Source: a virus. Taken from it: DNA of 64,000 nt. Made by a program: the position numbers and the translations under genes. The notes under the pieces were generated by a model. The model was given only the letters and a program-made list of their open reading frames with translations. It did not search any database and was not told where the DNA came from. Below, one piece after another: positions 9,605-18,011 of this stretch. Each line of letters opens with the position of its first letter. The stretch's first letter is position 1. The stretch lies in IMG/VR virus record IMGVR_UViG_3300036987_000083, positions 115,490 to 179,489 of that record; one strand, 5' to 3'.

Positions 9605-12469
9605 ATGGCAGAGATCTTGAGCGCTGGCGTCTACATCGAGGAAGTAGCGTCGAGCCAGAATGTCATTCCGGGGGTGTCTACGTCGAACCTTGGGGTCATT
9701 GGTTTTACCCCTAAGGGTCCTACGGACGTCGCCACGTTGGTAACAAGCTTCACCCAGTTTACGCGGATTTTCGGGGCAGATAACAAGCACTCGTTGGCCG
9801 TAAAGAGCATCCAGGCGTTTTACGCCAACGGCGGTCGTCGTGCATTCTTCGTGCGTGTCGTGCCCAGTGACTCTGTCAAGGCGGACGGTCGCATTCAGAG
9901 TACGACTTACAACACCGTCCTCGAAACGGGCGACGGTGTTGCAACGGTTTACTCCAAGACCGCGAGTAACTCGGTCCTCAAGGACAACGGGGGTGCTACT
10001 CCGATTGTCCCAGGCTCGTTTACGGCCAAGTTCCGTGGTGTTGGTGCCGCGTTGAGCGACGATCCTGCACGGGCACGTGATGGCACTACCGCGCTGGTTG
10101 GTGACGGTGTTGTTACTGAATTTGAAGGACGCATTGACCCCTATAAACACCAGGTCGTGGGCACTGGCGCCTCTGGGGTGTACTTCCGTGCACTCCTTCC
10201 GGGCGCGTCTTCTGTTCGAATTGCTTATGTGTCCGGTGGATCCTTGGGCATCGTGGTTTCCGGTAACGACATCACGATTACCTACGAGGCAGGCGTCACT
10301 ACTGCGACTGCCCTTGCGGCTGCCGTAAACGTACACGCCCAAGCGTCTCTGCTGGTGAATGCCACGGCGCTCGCTGGTGGTGCGGGCGTAGTGGTGGCTG
10401 TGCAGGCGCTCACACTCCTCGCTGGAATTCCGGCAATCGATACCGAGCTAGATGTCGTAACTTCGGGTACGGGCGGTGTAGACGTTGTTATCACTTGGGG
10501 TTCTGCTGGCGGGAAATCCCTCACGTTCCCAGCAGCATCCGCTGGGCCCGTAGTAACTGGCACATCTGCTGACGGCACAGGTTCTTTCGACCGCCGCACG
10601 GGTATTTTTTCCGTTACCAGCACTGTTGCAGTCTCTGCGGATCCTGTAATGGTGACGGGTACTGCCGCGTCGGACACGTACACAATTGCCAGCGGCACTA
10701 CCGTAGATACTCAGGGTCGGATGTTGCTAACGGGGGCAGCACTCTCGGGCACCGGCATTACGACTAACCATGTGAACGTGGCTGACGGTAGCTATTCTGT
10801 CGAACTCTCTGGTGGAACGCTTTTCCACCGGAACGGGAAGATGGTTGCTAGCTACAAAATTAACGCTTGGAATATCCTCCCAATTTCTAATGGTGTCTGG
10901 GGTAATGACCTCCGAGTGGATATCTCCGGGAATCAGAACTACTTCACCGCCTCTACCGGCCAGTATTCCAAGTTCAACGTCAATGTTTTGACGCGGGACA
11001 ACACCACGCAGCTCTACTCGGTGGCGGAGACCTACGAAGAGTTGGTTTTCGATGACCCTACCTCTGCGGTCTATTTCCCGGACGTACTGAATGAGCTGTC
11101 GGATCTCATCGCGGTCGTAGAGCCTGGCGCAGATGAGGCGCCTGGAGAGCTGGGTGCTGTGAGCCACTCCTACGTTATTGGAGGCGGAGATGGCTCAACG
11201 GCAGGCAAGGCTTTTTCGCTGGTGCTTCCGAACACCACGGTCGCTCGGCGCAGTGTCGTAATCACGTATACCTCAGACACTGACGACTTGGTTAAGACCA
11301 TTACCGACGACGGCAGTGGCTCGATGGTTGGTGACGTGGATGGCGCAGGCACCAACACAATCTCATACACCAGTGGCGCAGTCTCCTTCTCCACCGTGCA
11401 TCCGGTGAAGGCGGGTACCCTGGTTGCCGCAACCTATGCGACTGCCGCCGCAGAGACTACGCACACCGAGAAACTCGGTGACGACGCTAAGGACTACAGC
11501 TACACCTTGACGGTGGGCGGGCTACAGTCCTTTTACACGGCGGGTAGCGATGGGACGTTCACGGGGTCCACCTACACCAGGAGCCAGTTTACGGACCCGG
11601 CGCTCATTCCGGACAATAAGGGCTTGTACGCCCTGAACCGGGTTGATGAGTTGATGCAGGTAATCGTCCCGGACTTCACAAGCGCTGGGGATATCGCAGT
11701 AATCGGAGACCTGCTGGATTATGCAGCGGATCGGGCTAGCTCTCCCTCCGGTGGTGACCGCTTCATCATCCTCACTACCCCCAAGGGCTCCAGCCCCCAA
11801 GAGGCCGTGGATTGGTTCCGATACACGCTAGGCCGGTACAGCAAGTATGCGGCACTCTACTGGCCTTGGGTTACCGTGGCGGATTCGCTGTCTAACGGGC
11901 GAAACCTCACCATCCCGCCCTTGGGCCACGTCGCGGGTGTGTACGCGCGAACGGATGCTACCAAGAACGTAGGGAAGTCCCCCGGTGGAACTGTAGACGG
12001 CGCGCTGCGAGGGCTGACGGGTTTGGAGTATGTTTCTACGCTAGGCGAACGCGACTTCGTGTACCCGCACAAGATTAACCCCCTCATTGACTCCGCGCAG
12101 ACGGGGCTGGCAATCTGGGGCGTACGTACCATCGCGATTGAAAGCGAGTGGCGTTACATTAACGCTCGTCGTTTATTCATGTTCGTGGAGAAGTCCGTCT
12201 TCAATGCTACGCACTGGATTGTATTCGAGAACAACGGTCCAATGCTTTGGGCGAAAGTTAAAGCTCAGTTGACCGGTTTCCTTACTAACTTGTTCAACGA
12301 GGGCTACTTCGCCGGGAACTCGCCTTCGCAGGCCTTTTTCGTCATCTGCGACGAGACTAATAATCCACAGTCCAGCATTGACGCAGGACAGGTCATTATT
12401 GACGTGGGTCTCGCGCCTAACAAACCTGCGGAATTCGTGCGCTTCAGGTTTTCACAAGTTTCTCTCTAA
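9605..12469 (+). CDS. Contractile tail sheath protein
   Basis: N-terminal SAGVYIEEV..GVSTSNLGVIGFTPKGP; C-terminal IWGVRT..WRYINARRLFMFVEKS..IVFENN..APNKPAEFVRFRFSQ. Confidence 0.95.
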   Translation: MAEILSAGVYIEEVASSQNVIPGVSTSNLGVIGFTPKGPTDVATLVTSFTQFTRIFGADNKHSLAVKSIQAFYANGGRRAFFVRVVPSDSVKADGRIQSTTYNTVLETGDGVATVYSKTASNSVLKDNGGATPIVPGSFTAKFRGVGAALSDDPARARDGTTALVGDGVVTEFEGRIDPYKHQVVGTGASGVYFRALLPGASSVRIAYVSGGSLGIVVSGNDITITYEAGVTTATALAAAVNVHAQASLLVNATALAGGAGVVVAVQALTLLAGIPAIDTELDVVTSGTGGVDVVITWGSAGGKSLTFPAASAGPVVTGTSADGTGSFDRRTGIFSVTSTVAVSADPVMVTGTAASDTYTIASGTTVDTQGRMLLTGAALSGTGITTNHVNVADGSYSVELSGGTLFHRNGKMVASYKINAWNILPISNGVWGNDLRVDISGNQNYFTASTGQYSKFNVNVLTRDNTTQLYSVAETYEELVFDDPTSAVYFPDVLNELSDLIAVVEPGADEAPGELGAVSHSYVIGGGDGSTAGKAFSLVLPNTTVARRSVVITYTSDTDDLVKTITDDGSGSMVGDVDGAGTNTISYTSGAVSFSTVHPVKAGTLVAATYATAAAETTHTEKLGDDAKDYSYTLTVGGLQSFYTAGSDGTFTGSTYTRSQFTDPALIPDNKGLYALNRVDELMQVIVPDFTSAGDIAVIGDLLDYAADRASSPSGGDRFIILTTPKGSSPQEAVDWFRYTLGRYSKYAALYWPWVTVADSLSNGRNLTIPPLGHVAGVYARTDATKNVGKSPGGTVDGALRGLTGLEYVSTLGERDFVYPHKINPLIDSAQTGLAIWGVRTIAIESEWRYINARRLFMFVEKSVFNATHWIVFENNGPMLWAKVKAQLTGFLTNLFNEGYFAGNSPSQAFFVICDETNNPQSSIDAGQVIIDVGLAPNKPAEFVRFRFSQVSL

Positions 12470-12542
12470 ATTTTAGAGACCTTTCGATTGAAGTAGACTT
12501 GTAGTACACTTCGTTTTCCAACAGATTTAAGGAGCAAATCCC

Positions 12543-13163
12543 ATGGCTGACGTAACGATTACCAACCTGACTGCCGCCCCTCTACACATCGGGGATCTCT
12601 ACGCCACTATTCCCGCGAATACGTCCATCACGATTCAGCGCTACGCTTCGGACTTGTCGCGCATGAAGGCGCTTCAGGCTGCAGTTACTGCGGGAGAGGC
12701 GGCAGTCTCAGTCTCCCTGAGCGCGGCTGAGCTTGCTTCAGGCCTTGCTGTAGCCGAGGGCTCGGTGCAGGCAGCCGACGTGCAGGCTGTCGCTGCTAGC
12801 GACCTGGCTTCGGCCTCGTTCGAAATCCGCAAGAGCTTCACTGCGGCTGCGGCCGGTGCGCAAGACGATGTCACCATTTACGCGGCCGGGGCGTTGCCCT
12901 ACAAGATGCGTATTCTCGATGCTTACGTACTGGTTTCGACTGTGGGTACGGGCGCTGCAACGCTGACAGTTCGGGATGAAGCGGCGGGTGCAGGTACTGC
13001 TGCTGCGGTTTTCAGCAGCGCAGCCACTGGTCGCATTTCTCCGTCGTCAGCCTTTACGGCCACCACGTTGCTGACTCCTGGCGCGGCTAAGGGTCTCTTC
13101 GTTCGCCGCGCAGACCGTGATGCGGCTGGTGAAGTCGTCATCATTGCCCGTCGCGAGAGCTAA
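12543..13163 (+). CDS. Hypothetical Ala-rich structural/decoration protein
   Basis: Between sheath and tube; SD AAGGAG. Confidence 0.55.
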   Translation: MADVTITNLTAAPLHIGDLYATIPANTSITIQRYASDLSRMKALQAAVTAGEAAVSVSLSAAELASGLAVAEGSVQAADVQAVAASDLASASFEIRKSFTAAAAGAQDDVTIYAAGALPYKMRILDAYVLVSTVGTGAATLTVRDEAAGAGTAAAVFSSAATGRISPSSAFTATTLLTPGAAKGLFVRRADRDAAGEVVIIARRES

Positions 13164-13210
13164 GCCGTCCTCGCGGTTAATACCTCAACCTAACCCTTTA
13201 GGGGACGCAC

Positions 13211-13801
13211 ATGGCACGACCACAAGCGACAGACTTCCTGCACAACATGCGGTTCCATGTGACGGCACTCACGGAAGGCACGGGGGGCACTGACCCCCTT
13301 CAGCAAGGCAACACTCGCAGTGTTGGCACCAACACAGGCTTACCTCCGCCCCAAGCGGGGTTTATGTCCTGCTCCACGCCTGACGTGTCGGTGGGGACGG
13401 CGATGTACAAAGAGGGGACCATGCTCTACGAGCGCAAGTACCCCGGGGAGACCTCCATGGGCGGAGACCTGAGTCTTGAGCGAGGTGTCGCTCGGGGCGA
13501 TTCCGCCTTTTGGACTTGGATTCGTACGGTTATTGAAGGTACTGGCGAATACCGCGCAGACCTGAAGATTAACCACTACCACCGGTCCCAGGCGCTCTCT
13601 GGGGCTCTTCCTGCCGACCAAAACAAGCTCCACCTGGACGTGGCTAGTCCAGCACGAATCTACCATGTCTACGAGTGCTTCCCCACTTCGCACAATGTTA
13701 CTGGAGGCCAGTTGGCTGCTACTGACGGCGAAATCAGTGTCATGTCGCTCACTATTGCCTACGAGCACTTCTTCGTGGAAGATAAGCCTGCGACTCCGTA
13801 A
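13211..13801 (+). CDS. Tail tube protein, gp19-like
   Basis: DFLHNMRFHV..GF..CSTP..YKEG..RKYPG..LERGV..FWTW motifs; follows sheath. Confidence 0.85.
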   Translation: MARPQATDFLHNMRFHVTALTEGTGGTDPLQQGNTRSVGTNTGLPPPQAGFMSCSTPDVSVGTAMYKEGTMLYERKYPGETSMGGDLSLERGVARGDSAFWTWIRTVIEGTGEYRADLKINHYHRSQALSGALPADQNKLHLDVASPARIYHVYECFPTSHNVTGGQLAATDGEISVMSLTIAYEHFFVEDKPATP

Positions 13802-13823
13802 CCCACGGGACTGCTTGGCTACT

Positions 13824-13862
13824 GGAGGCGGCTGCCGGTCCCCCGACAGCCGCCTTTCTTTG
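13824..13862 (+). terminator. Intrinsic terminator ending the structural operon
   Basis: GGAGGCGGCTG/CAGCCGCCTTT stem followed by TTTCTTTT. Confidence 0.75.
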
Positions 13863-13947
13863 TTCGAGCTGGGATTCTGTCGGGCAAGCGACCACATGGG
13901 CGCAACCCACCGGGGTTGCTGCTGAAACGGTTTTCGCTTGATGGTGC

Positions 13948-13976
13948 TTGACAAGCAAAGCACCATCGTGTACTGT
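13948..13976 (+). promoter_or_regulatory. Sigma70-type promoter
   Basis: TTGACA-17-TACTGT. Confidence 0.5.
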
Positions 13977-14040
13977 GCTCGTTACAGTCAAGCAGCGGGG
14001 CAGCAGGACTCCCGCCGAAAAATAGTTTGTCAGGAAGCGC

Positions 14041-14069
14041 TTGACAGGCCGTAAGAGTCTCTGTAGCGT
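14041..14069 (+). promoter_or_regulatory. Sigma70-type promoter
   Basis: TTGACA-17-TAGCGT. Confidence 0.55.
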
Positions 14070-14075
14070 TGCACA

Positions 14076-14349
14076 ACTGGTCGAAGTTCTCCCTTGGGGT
14101 TCCGCCGTGTCACTCTCAACCCATCAGCACCTAACGATGAAACAAGGATGGCTTCAGGCCACAACCTTGTCCTATCGCGGTGGGTGGTCGTTTGAGAGTT
14201 TCAAGGCGCAGGCACAGGGTCGCGGTACCAATTGCCCCAAGTCCAGCGCCGTGGTTGCCATCGACCCGTCGCCACCAGACCCCTTCTAGCGAGCGCCCAA
14301 AGCGCATACGTCGGAAGGGGTCGGAATCGGAAAGATTCCGACCCTTTTT
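14076..14349 (+). ncRNA. Stand-alone structured RNA (long irregular hairpin, 6S-like candidate)
   Basis: Nested complements CTTGGGG/CCCCAAG, GTGTC/GGCAC, ACTCTCAA/TTGAGAGT, ACAAGG/CCTTGT between a promoter and a terminator. Confidence 0.45.
14318..14349 (+). terminator. Intrinsic terminator
   Basis: GGGTCGGAATC/GATTCCGACCC perfect stem followed by TTTTT. Confidence 0.75.
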
Positions 14350-14403
14350 CGTTTCAGCTTGAAAGGAAGTTAGCGGTAGGAAGAGCACTAGTAGCGAGAG
14401 TGT

Positions 14404-14474
14404 ACGGCGGTCGTCCAATGGTAGGACATCAGTCTCCAAAACTGAGTATGGGGGTTCGAATCCCTCCCGCCGTG
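14404..14474 (+). tRNA. tRNA-Trp(CCA)
   Basis: Cloverleaf; TCAGT-CTCCAAA-ACTGA. Confidence 0.9.
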
Positions 14475-14491
14475 CAGACAAAATAGAATAC

Positions 14492-14563
14492 GCGGGTGTA
14501 GTTCATCGGTAGAACGTCACGTTGCCAACGTGAAAGTAGAGGGTTCAACTCCCTCCACCCGCT
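14492..14563 (+). tRNA. tRNA-Gly(GCC)
   Basis: Cloverleaf; TCACG-TTGCCAA-CGTGA. Confidence 0.9.
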
Positions 14564-14646
14564 TGAAGTCGCAGTACACATAGCCATGGGGATGTTGAGG
14601 GTAAGGTCACTTGTACAGTACGATCTGCTGATGTACTTTCAGAAAC

Positions 14647-15045
14647 ATGAGGAAATGCAGTCGGTGTGAGAAGACACGGAGAGCGAATTCTTTTGGCAGG
14701 CATCACTGGTGCCTGCCCTGTTGCAGAGAAGTCCAGGCAGAGCGGGTCAAGAGGAATCCAGAAGCGGAACGTCAGAGAGTGAAAGAGGCTCAGAAAAAAG
14801 CCAAAGAAAGAAACCGAAACTTTGTCGATAAGGTCAAAGACAAGCCGTGCGTAGATTGTCTAAAAAAATTCAGTTCTTGGATCATGCAGTTCGACCACCG
14901 AGGCGAAAGTAAGAAAGAAGCAGATGTATCGGTTCTTGTTCACAAAGGTTCATCTCTCAAGAGAGTTAAGCGAGAAGTTCTAAAATGCGATGTTGTTTGC
15001 GCGAACTGTCACGCAGACAGAACACACAGAAGACGACTTGAGTGA
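14647..15045 (+). CDS. HNH endonuclease; stop lies inside tRNA-Tyr
   Basis: CVDC..FDHR..KCDVVCANCHADRT. Confidence 0.85.
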   Translation: MRKCSRCEKTRRANSFGRHHWCLPCCREVQAERVKRNPEAERQRVKEAQKKAKERNRNFVDKVKDKPCVDCLKKFSSWIMQFDHRGESKKEADVSVLVHKGSSLKRVKREVLKCDVVCANCHADRTHRRRLE

Positions 15046-15125
15046 GACGTGGCCATTGGCGGCCCACCAGACTGTAAATCTGGCCTCCTTCGGGATACCG
15101 GTGGGTTCGATTCCCACCTCACTCA
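15040..15125 (+). tRNA. tRNA-Tyr(GTA)
   Basis: GAGTGAG/CTCACTC acceptor; CCAGA-CTGTAAA-TCTGG; long variable arm. Confidence 0.85.
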
Positions 15126-15231
15126 CAGAGTTTCAGCAGGACGGACCATCTGGGTCTCTCCGGGTACCTGATAACAGAATAGCAGTGGTGTAGGGGTGGG
15201 GCTCTGGTTGTTGAAGAGTCCTGCCCCGAAT

Positions 15232-15304
15232 GCCCCCTTAGCTCATCTGGTAGAGCACCGCTTTCGTAAAGCGGGGGTGACCCGTTCAAGTCGGGTAGGG
15301 GGCT
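15232..15304 (+). tRNA. tRNA-Thr(CGT)
   Basis: Cloverleaf; CCGCT-TTCGTAA-AGCGG. Confidence 0.9.
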
Positions 15305-15353
15305 CTTTAAGTTGTCAGTAACATAAGCTTCAAGTCGTAAGCAGAGAAGCAAC

Positions 15354-15426
15354 GGGTATGTAGCTCAATTGGTAGAGCAACCGCCTCTTAAGCGGTAGGT
15401 TGGGGGTTCAATTCCCCCCGTACCCA
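15354..15426 (+). tRNA. tRNA-Lys(CTT)
   Basis: Cloverleaf; ACCGC-CTCTTAA-GCGGT. Confidence 0.9.
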
Positions 15427-15505
15427 CTTAGTAGTCCAACCCGTAGAGCAACATATGGAGGCAGGCATGAGTACAAGCAAACGTAGCTGTGACACGCAAT
15501 GTTCT

Positions 15506-15577
15506 GCGTTCATAGCTCAGCGGTAGAGCACCCGCCTTTTAAGCGGAGGGTCCTGGGTTCGATCCCCAGTGGACGCA
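15506..15577 (+). tRNA. tRNA-Lys(TTT)
   Basis: Cloverleaf; CCGC-CTTTTAA-GCGG. Confidence 0.9.
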
Positions 15578-15589
15578 CAATCCAGTTTC

Positions 15590-15667
15590 AACGAGGCGCT
15601 GCTTCGGGTTACTTCTCTTGAAAAGAATTCCGGGAAACCGGGAACCTGGGGTGCAACATCTTCGTTG
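15590..15667 (+). ncRNA. Small RNA family X, copy 1
   Basis: AACGAGG/CTTCGTT terminal stem; shared CG..TACTTC..AAGAAT..AT core. Confidence 0.55.
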
Positions 15668-15688
15668 GTTCTTTTAGTAATGTTTTGC

Positions 15689-15770
15689 GGCGAGGCGTAA
15701 TCTGGGGTTCCTTCTTTAATGGAAAAGAGTCGCTGGGAAACCGGCAAACCTTGGGTAAGTATCCTCGCTG
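15689..15770 (+). ncRNA. Small RNA family X, copy 2
   Basis: GGCGAGG/CCTCGCT terminal stem; CTGGGGT/ACCTTGG; same core. Confidence 0.55.
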
Positions 15771-15774
15771 TTTT

Positions 15775-15846
15775 GCGGCCATAGTTCAGTGGTAGAACGC
15801 TAGCCTTCCAAGCTGGATGTCGAGGGTTCGAATCCCTCTGGCCGCT
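15775..15846 (+). tRNA. tRNA-Gly(TCC)
   Basis: Cloverleaf; CTAGC-CTTCCAA-GCTGG. Confidence 0.9.
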
Positions 15847-15875
15847 CTGCAGTAAACGACCACATGGTCGCGTCT

Positions 15876-15961
15876 GGAAAGTAAATCAGACATGGGTCTG
15901 AGCCTGGGTGCTAACCAGTGCGCACCTTCCGGGGTGTGGGGATCGAGACCTCTGCTTTCCG
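15876..15961 (+). tRNA. 8/4 allo-type tRNA-Ser(GCT)
   Basis: 8-bp acceptor GGAAAGTA/TGCTTTCC; 6-bp D stem TCAGAC/GTCTGA; long V arm; 4-bp T stem; loop GTGCTAA. Confidence 0.7.
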
Positions 15962-15967
15962 CTTAAC

Positions 15968-16042
15968 GGTCACGTAGCTCAGTTGGATTAGAGCACTCGC
16001 CTACGAAGCGAGCGGTCGGGGGTTCAAGTCCCTCCGTGATCA
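15968..16042 (+). tRNA. tRNA-Arg(ACG)
   Basis: Cloverleaf; CTCGC-CTACGAA-GCGAG. Confidence 0.9.
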
Positions 16043-16056
16043 CTGAAGCGCTGTTC

Positions 16057-16128
16057 GCGGGCATAGCTCAGAGGCAGAGCGCCAAGTTCCCATCTTGGAT
16101 GCCGAGGGTTCAATTCCCTCTGCCCGCT
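16057..16128 (+). tRNA. tRNA-Gly(CCC)
   Basis: Cloverleaf; CCAAG-TTCCCAT-CTTGG. Confidence 0.9.
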
Positions 16129-16154
16129 CTGTAAAGGCAAAGGCAGCTCAATGC

Positions 16155-16186
16155 CTGAGAAACTGAGAAACTGAGAAACTGAGAGA
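16155..16186 (+). repeat. Tandem 8-mer repeat (CTGAGAAA)x3 + CTGAGAGA
   Basis: Read directly from sequence. Confidence 0.9.
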
Positions 16187-16320
16187 CGAGGCGTAAGTGA
16201 GAGCTACTCCATGGATCTGTGGGTCGGGGGTTCGAATCTCCCTACAAGGATGTACTTGCATAGCTCAGCCTGGTAGAGCAACAGAATAAAAGATGCTTTC
16301 ACTCAAGTACCATCCTCGTC
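16185..16320 (+). ncRNA. Circularly permuted tRNA mimic (YrlA/Y RNA-like) inside a family X frame
   Basis: Order T-arm, closed acceptor hairpin TACAAG/CTTGCA, D-arm; TCTGT/ACAGA stem; outer stems AGTGAGAGC/GCTTTCACT and GACGAGG/CCTCGTC. Confidence 0.75.
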
Positions 16321-16328
16321 TGTTGTAT

Positions 16329-16400
16329 TGGAGAGTGGCGCAATGGTAGCGCAGCGGTTTCTGAAGCCGTTGGTTGAAGGTTCAAGTCCTTCCTCTCCAG
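16329..16400 (+). tRNA. tRNA-Gln(CTG)
   Basis: Cloverleaf; loop TTCTGAA. Confidence 0.9.
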
Positions 16401-16401
16401 C

Positions 16402-16671
16402 ATGAAAACAAAGCGAAGCAAGAAGAGTTCGGTTGGTGTCATGAAGCCTAGAGGTTTGAAAAGCCCGAAGGTCTCCTTCGAAGCCTCCTTGGAGATTCTA
16501 CTCAGTCGTCCCGAGAAGTATGTTGCACAGAAGCACGAATACCTGCGAAGAGCCTGCAGGCGCATCATGAACATTGACATCGACGGCCAGAAGTACCTGA
16601 TGGTGTGCGCCCTGCATCCGGGCCACAAGGCTGCGTGGCACGAGGATGTTGACGGGGGAGTGTACTGGTGA
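16402..16671 (+). CDS. Hypothetical protein
   Basis: Short ORF; stop overlaps the next start. Confidence 0.45.
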   Translation: MKTKRSKKSSVGVMKPRGLKSPKVSFEASLEILLSRPEKYVAQKHEYLRRACRRIMNIDIDGQKYLMVCALHPGHKAAWHEDVDGGVYW

Positions 16672-17012
16672 TTTTTACGTTCGGTAGCAATTTAGCGGGA
16701 CGTCACGGCAAGGGCGCTGCGCTCTTTGCTTGGAAAAACCACGGCGCGGTGTATGGCCAGGGAGTAGGTCCGCAAGGTAACGCGTACGCTATTCCTACCA
16801 AGGATGCATCTATCAGGACGCTTCCTCTTGTAAAAATCAAACCCTACGTAGAAGACTTCATCACTTACGCGAGAGCGAATCCGACGCTCAAGTTTCAAGT
16901 TACAAGAATCGGGTGTGGCTTGGCGGGTTACAAAGATTCGGATATCGCCCCGATGTTCAAGGGTGTGCCTCCGAATTGCGAAATGCCGACGGAATGGGTC
17001 GGACTGTACTAG
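16668..17012 (+). CDS. Conserved phage protein (A1S_2505-like, macrodomain-related fold suspected)
   Basis: FTFGSNLAGRHGKGAA..GVGPQGNAYAIPTKD..FQVTRIGCGLAG. Confidence 0.65.
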   Translation: MIFTFGSNLAGRHGKGAALFAWKNHGAVYGQGVGPQGNAYAIPTKDASIRTLPLVKIKPYVEDFITYARANPTLKFQVTRIGCGLAGYKDSDIAPMFKGVPPNCEMPTEWVGLY

Positions 17013-17042
17013 GCTTTGATTCTGTGTCATAGTTCAAAACCC

Positions 17043-17390
17043 ATGGCCTACAAGAAGAAGCAAGAGCAACGAGATAGTTGGAATCGTTGGTATGCTCGTA
17101 ATCAAACGAAAGTAAGAAAGGCCGTTCGTAAGCGAAAACTAGAGACGAAGCAGTGGCTTGATGCCTATAAGGCTACTCTCCGATGTGAGCACTGTGATGA
17201 AAATCACCCATCCTGTCTTCAGTTTCACCATCTCGACCCCACCAAGAAGGATTTGGAAGTCTCTCTCGGCCCCCAGTGGGGATGGAACATCAAACGTATT
17301 CTAAGAGAAATCGCAAAGTGCGCGATCCTTTGTGCCAATTGTCATATTAAGGAGCATTTCAAACTGAAGGGGTGTGGCCGAATGGCTTAG
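17043..17390 (+). CDS. HNH endonuclease; stop lies in the tRNA-Gln D-arm
   Basis: CEHC..CLQFHHLDP..KCAILCANCHIKEH. Confidence 0.85.
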   Translation: MAYKKKQEQRDSWNRWYARNQTKVRKAVRKRKLETKQWLDAYKATLRCEHCDENHPSCLQFHHLDPTKKDLEVSLGPQWGWNIKRILREIAKCAILCANCHIKEHFKLKGCGRMA

Positions 17391-17439
17391 GCGACGGGCT
17401 TTGAATCCGTTCATCAAGGTTCGATTCCTTGCGCCCCTG
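17368..17439 (+). tRNA. tRNA-Gln(TTG)
   Basis: ACGGG-CTTTGAA-TCCGT; AGGGGTG/CGCCCCT. Confidence 0.85.
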
Positions 17440-17466
17440 TTCAAGGTTCGAGTCCTTGCACCCCAG
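17440..17466 (+). pseudogene. Duplicated T-arm and 3' acceptor strand of a tRNA-Gln
   Basis: TTCAAGGTTCGAGTCCTTGCACCCCAG, a near-copy of the preceding 3' end. Confidence 0.7.
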
Positions 17467-17470
17467 TATT

Positions 17471-17543
17471 GCCCGCTTAGCTCAGATGGCAGAGCAACGC
17501 ATTTGTAATGCGAAGGTCGTGGGTTCAATTCCCTCAGCGGGCT
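17471..17543 (+). tRNA. tRNA-Thr(TGT)
   Basis: Cloverleaf; loop TTTGTAA. Confidence 0.9.
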
Positions 17544-17560
17544 CTGAAACGAGCCACAAC

Positions 17561-17632
17561 GGGCCTATAGCTCAACGGTAGAGCTGGCGGCTCATAACCG
17601 CTTGGTTCCAGGTTCAAATCCTGGTGGGCCCA
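17561..17632 (+). tRNA. tRNA(CAT), probably Ile2 (lysidine type)
   Basis: GGGCCTATAGCTCA..GCGG-CTCATAA-CCGC, resembling Ile2 tRNAs. Confidence 0.75.
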
Positions 17633-17649
17633 CAAATTTCAAGTCGTAT

Positions 17650-17723
17650 TCTCTGGTAGCTCAGTTGGTAGCAGCGGGTGACTGTTAATCACTAGGTCGC
17701 AGGTTCGAGTCCTGCCCAGAGAG
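17650..17723 (+). tRNA. tRNA-Asn(GTT)
   Basis: Cloverleaf; GGTGA-CTGTTAA-TCACT. Confidence 0.9.
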
Positions 17724-17849
17724 CTTTACGTCATGGCATGTTCACGACGCTTTGACAAGGAATGACGGAATTACAATTTCGCTTTTCAGCAAGGTAGGTC
17801 CAGTTTTTACTGCTCACGACAGTGTCAATGGGCTGGGCAGGTGAAGAAT

Positions 17850-17923
17850 GCACTCTGAGCTGATCTGGTGATAGCAATGGGCCGTTAACCCATCCGTGCT
17901 CGGTTCGATTCCGAGAGAGTGCG
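17850..17923 (+). tRNA. Atypical tRNA-Asn(GTT) with C33
   Basis: GCACTCT/AGAGTGC; ATGGG-CCGTTAA-CCCAT; CTCGG-TTCGATT-CCGAG. Confidence 0.65.
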
Positions 17924-18011
17924 CAAGCAGCAACAGCAGGGTTCGACTCCCTGAGAATCCTCTGCTACAGTTAAGCGGTAGACAGTGTGAGTTGTTTGGG
18001 CGTCGGCCCCC

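Noticed and set aside
9488-10342. 284-aa minus-strand ORF (and similar long antisense ORFs over the capsid, rtcB and PcfJ genes)
   Set aside because: Antisense shadows of GC-rich coding genes, with no recognisable motifs or SD.
15135-15227. Possible ncRNA between tRNA-Tyr and tRNA-Thr
   Set aside because: Two competing pairings (GCAGGAC/GTCCTGC vs GGGGTGGGGCTCT/AGAGTCCTGCCCC) and no family resemblance; too weak to call.
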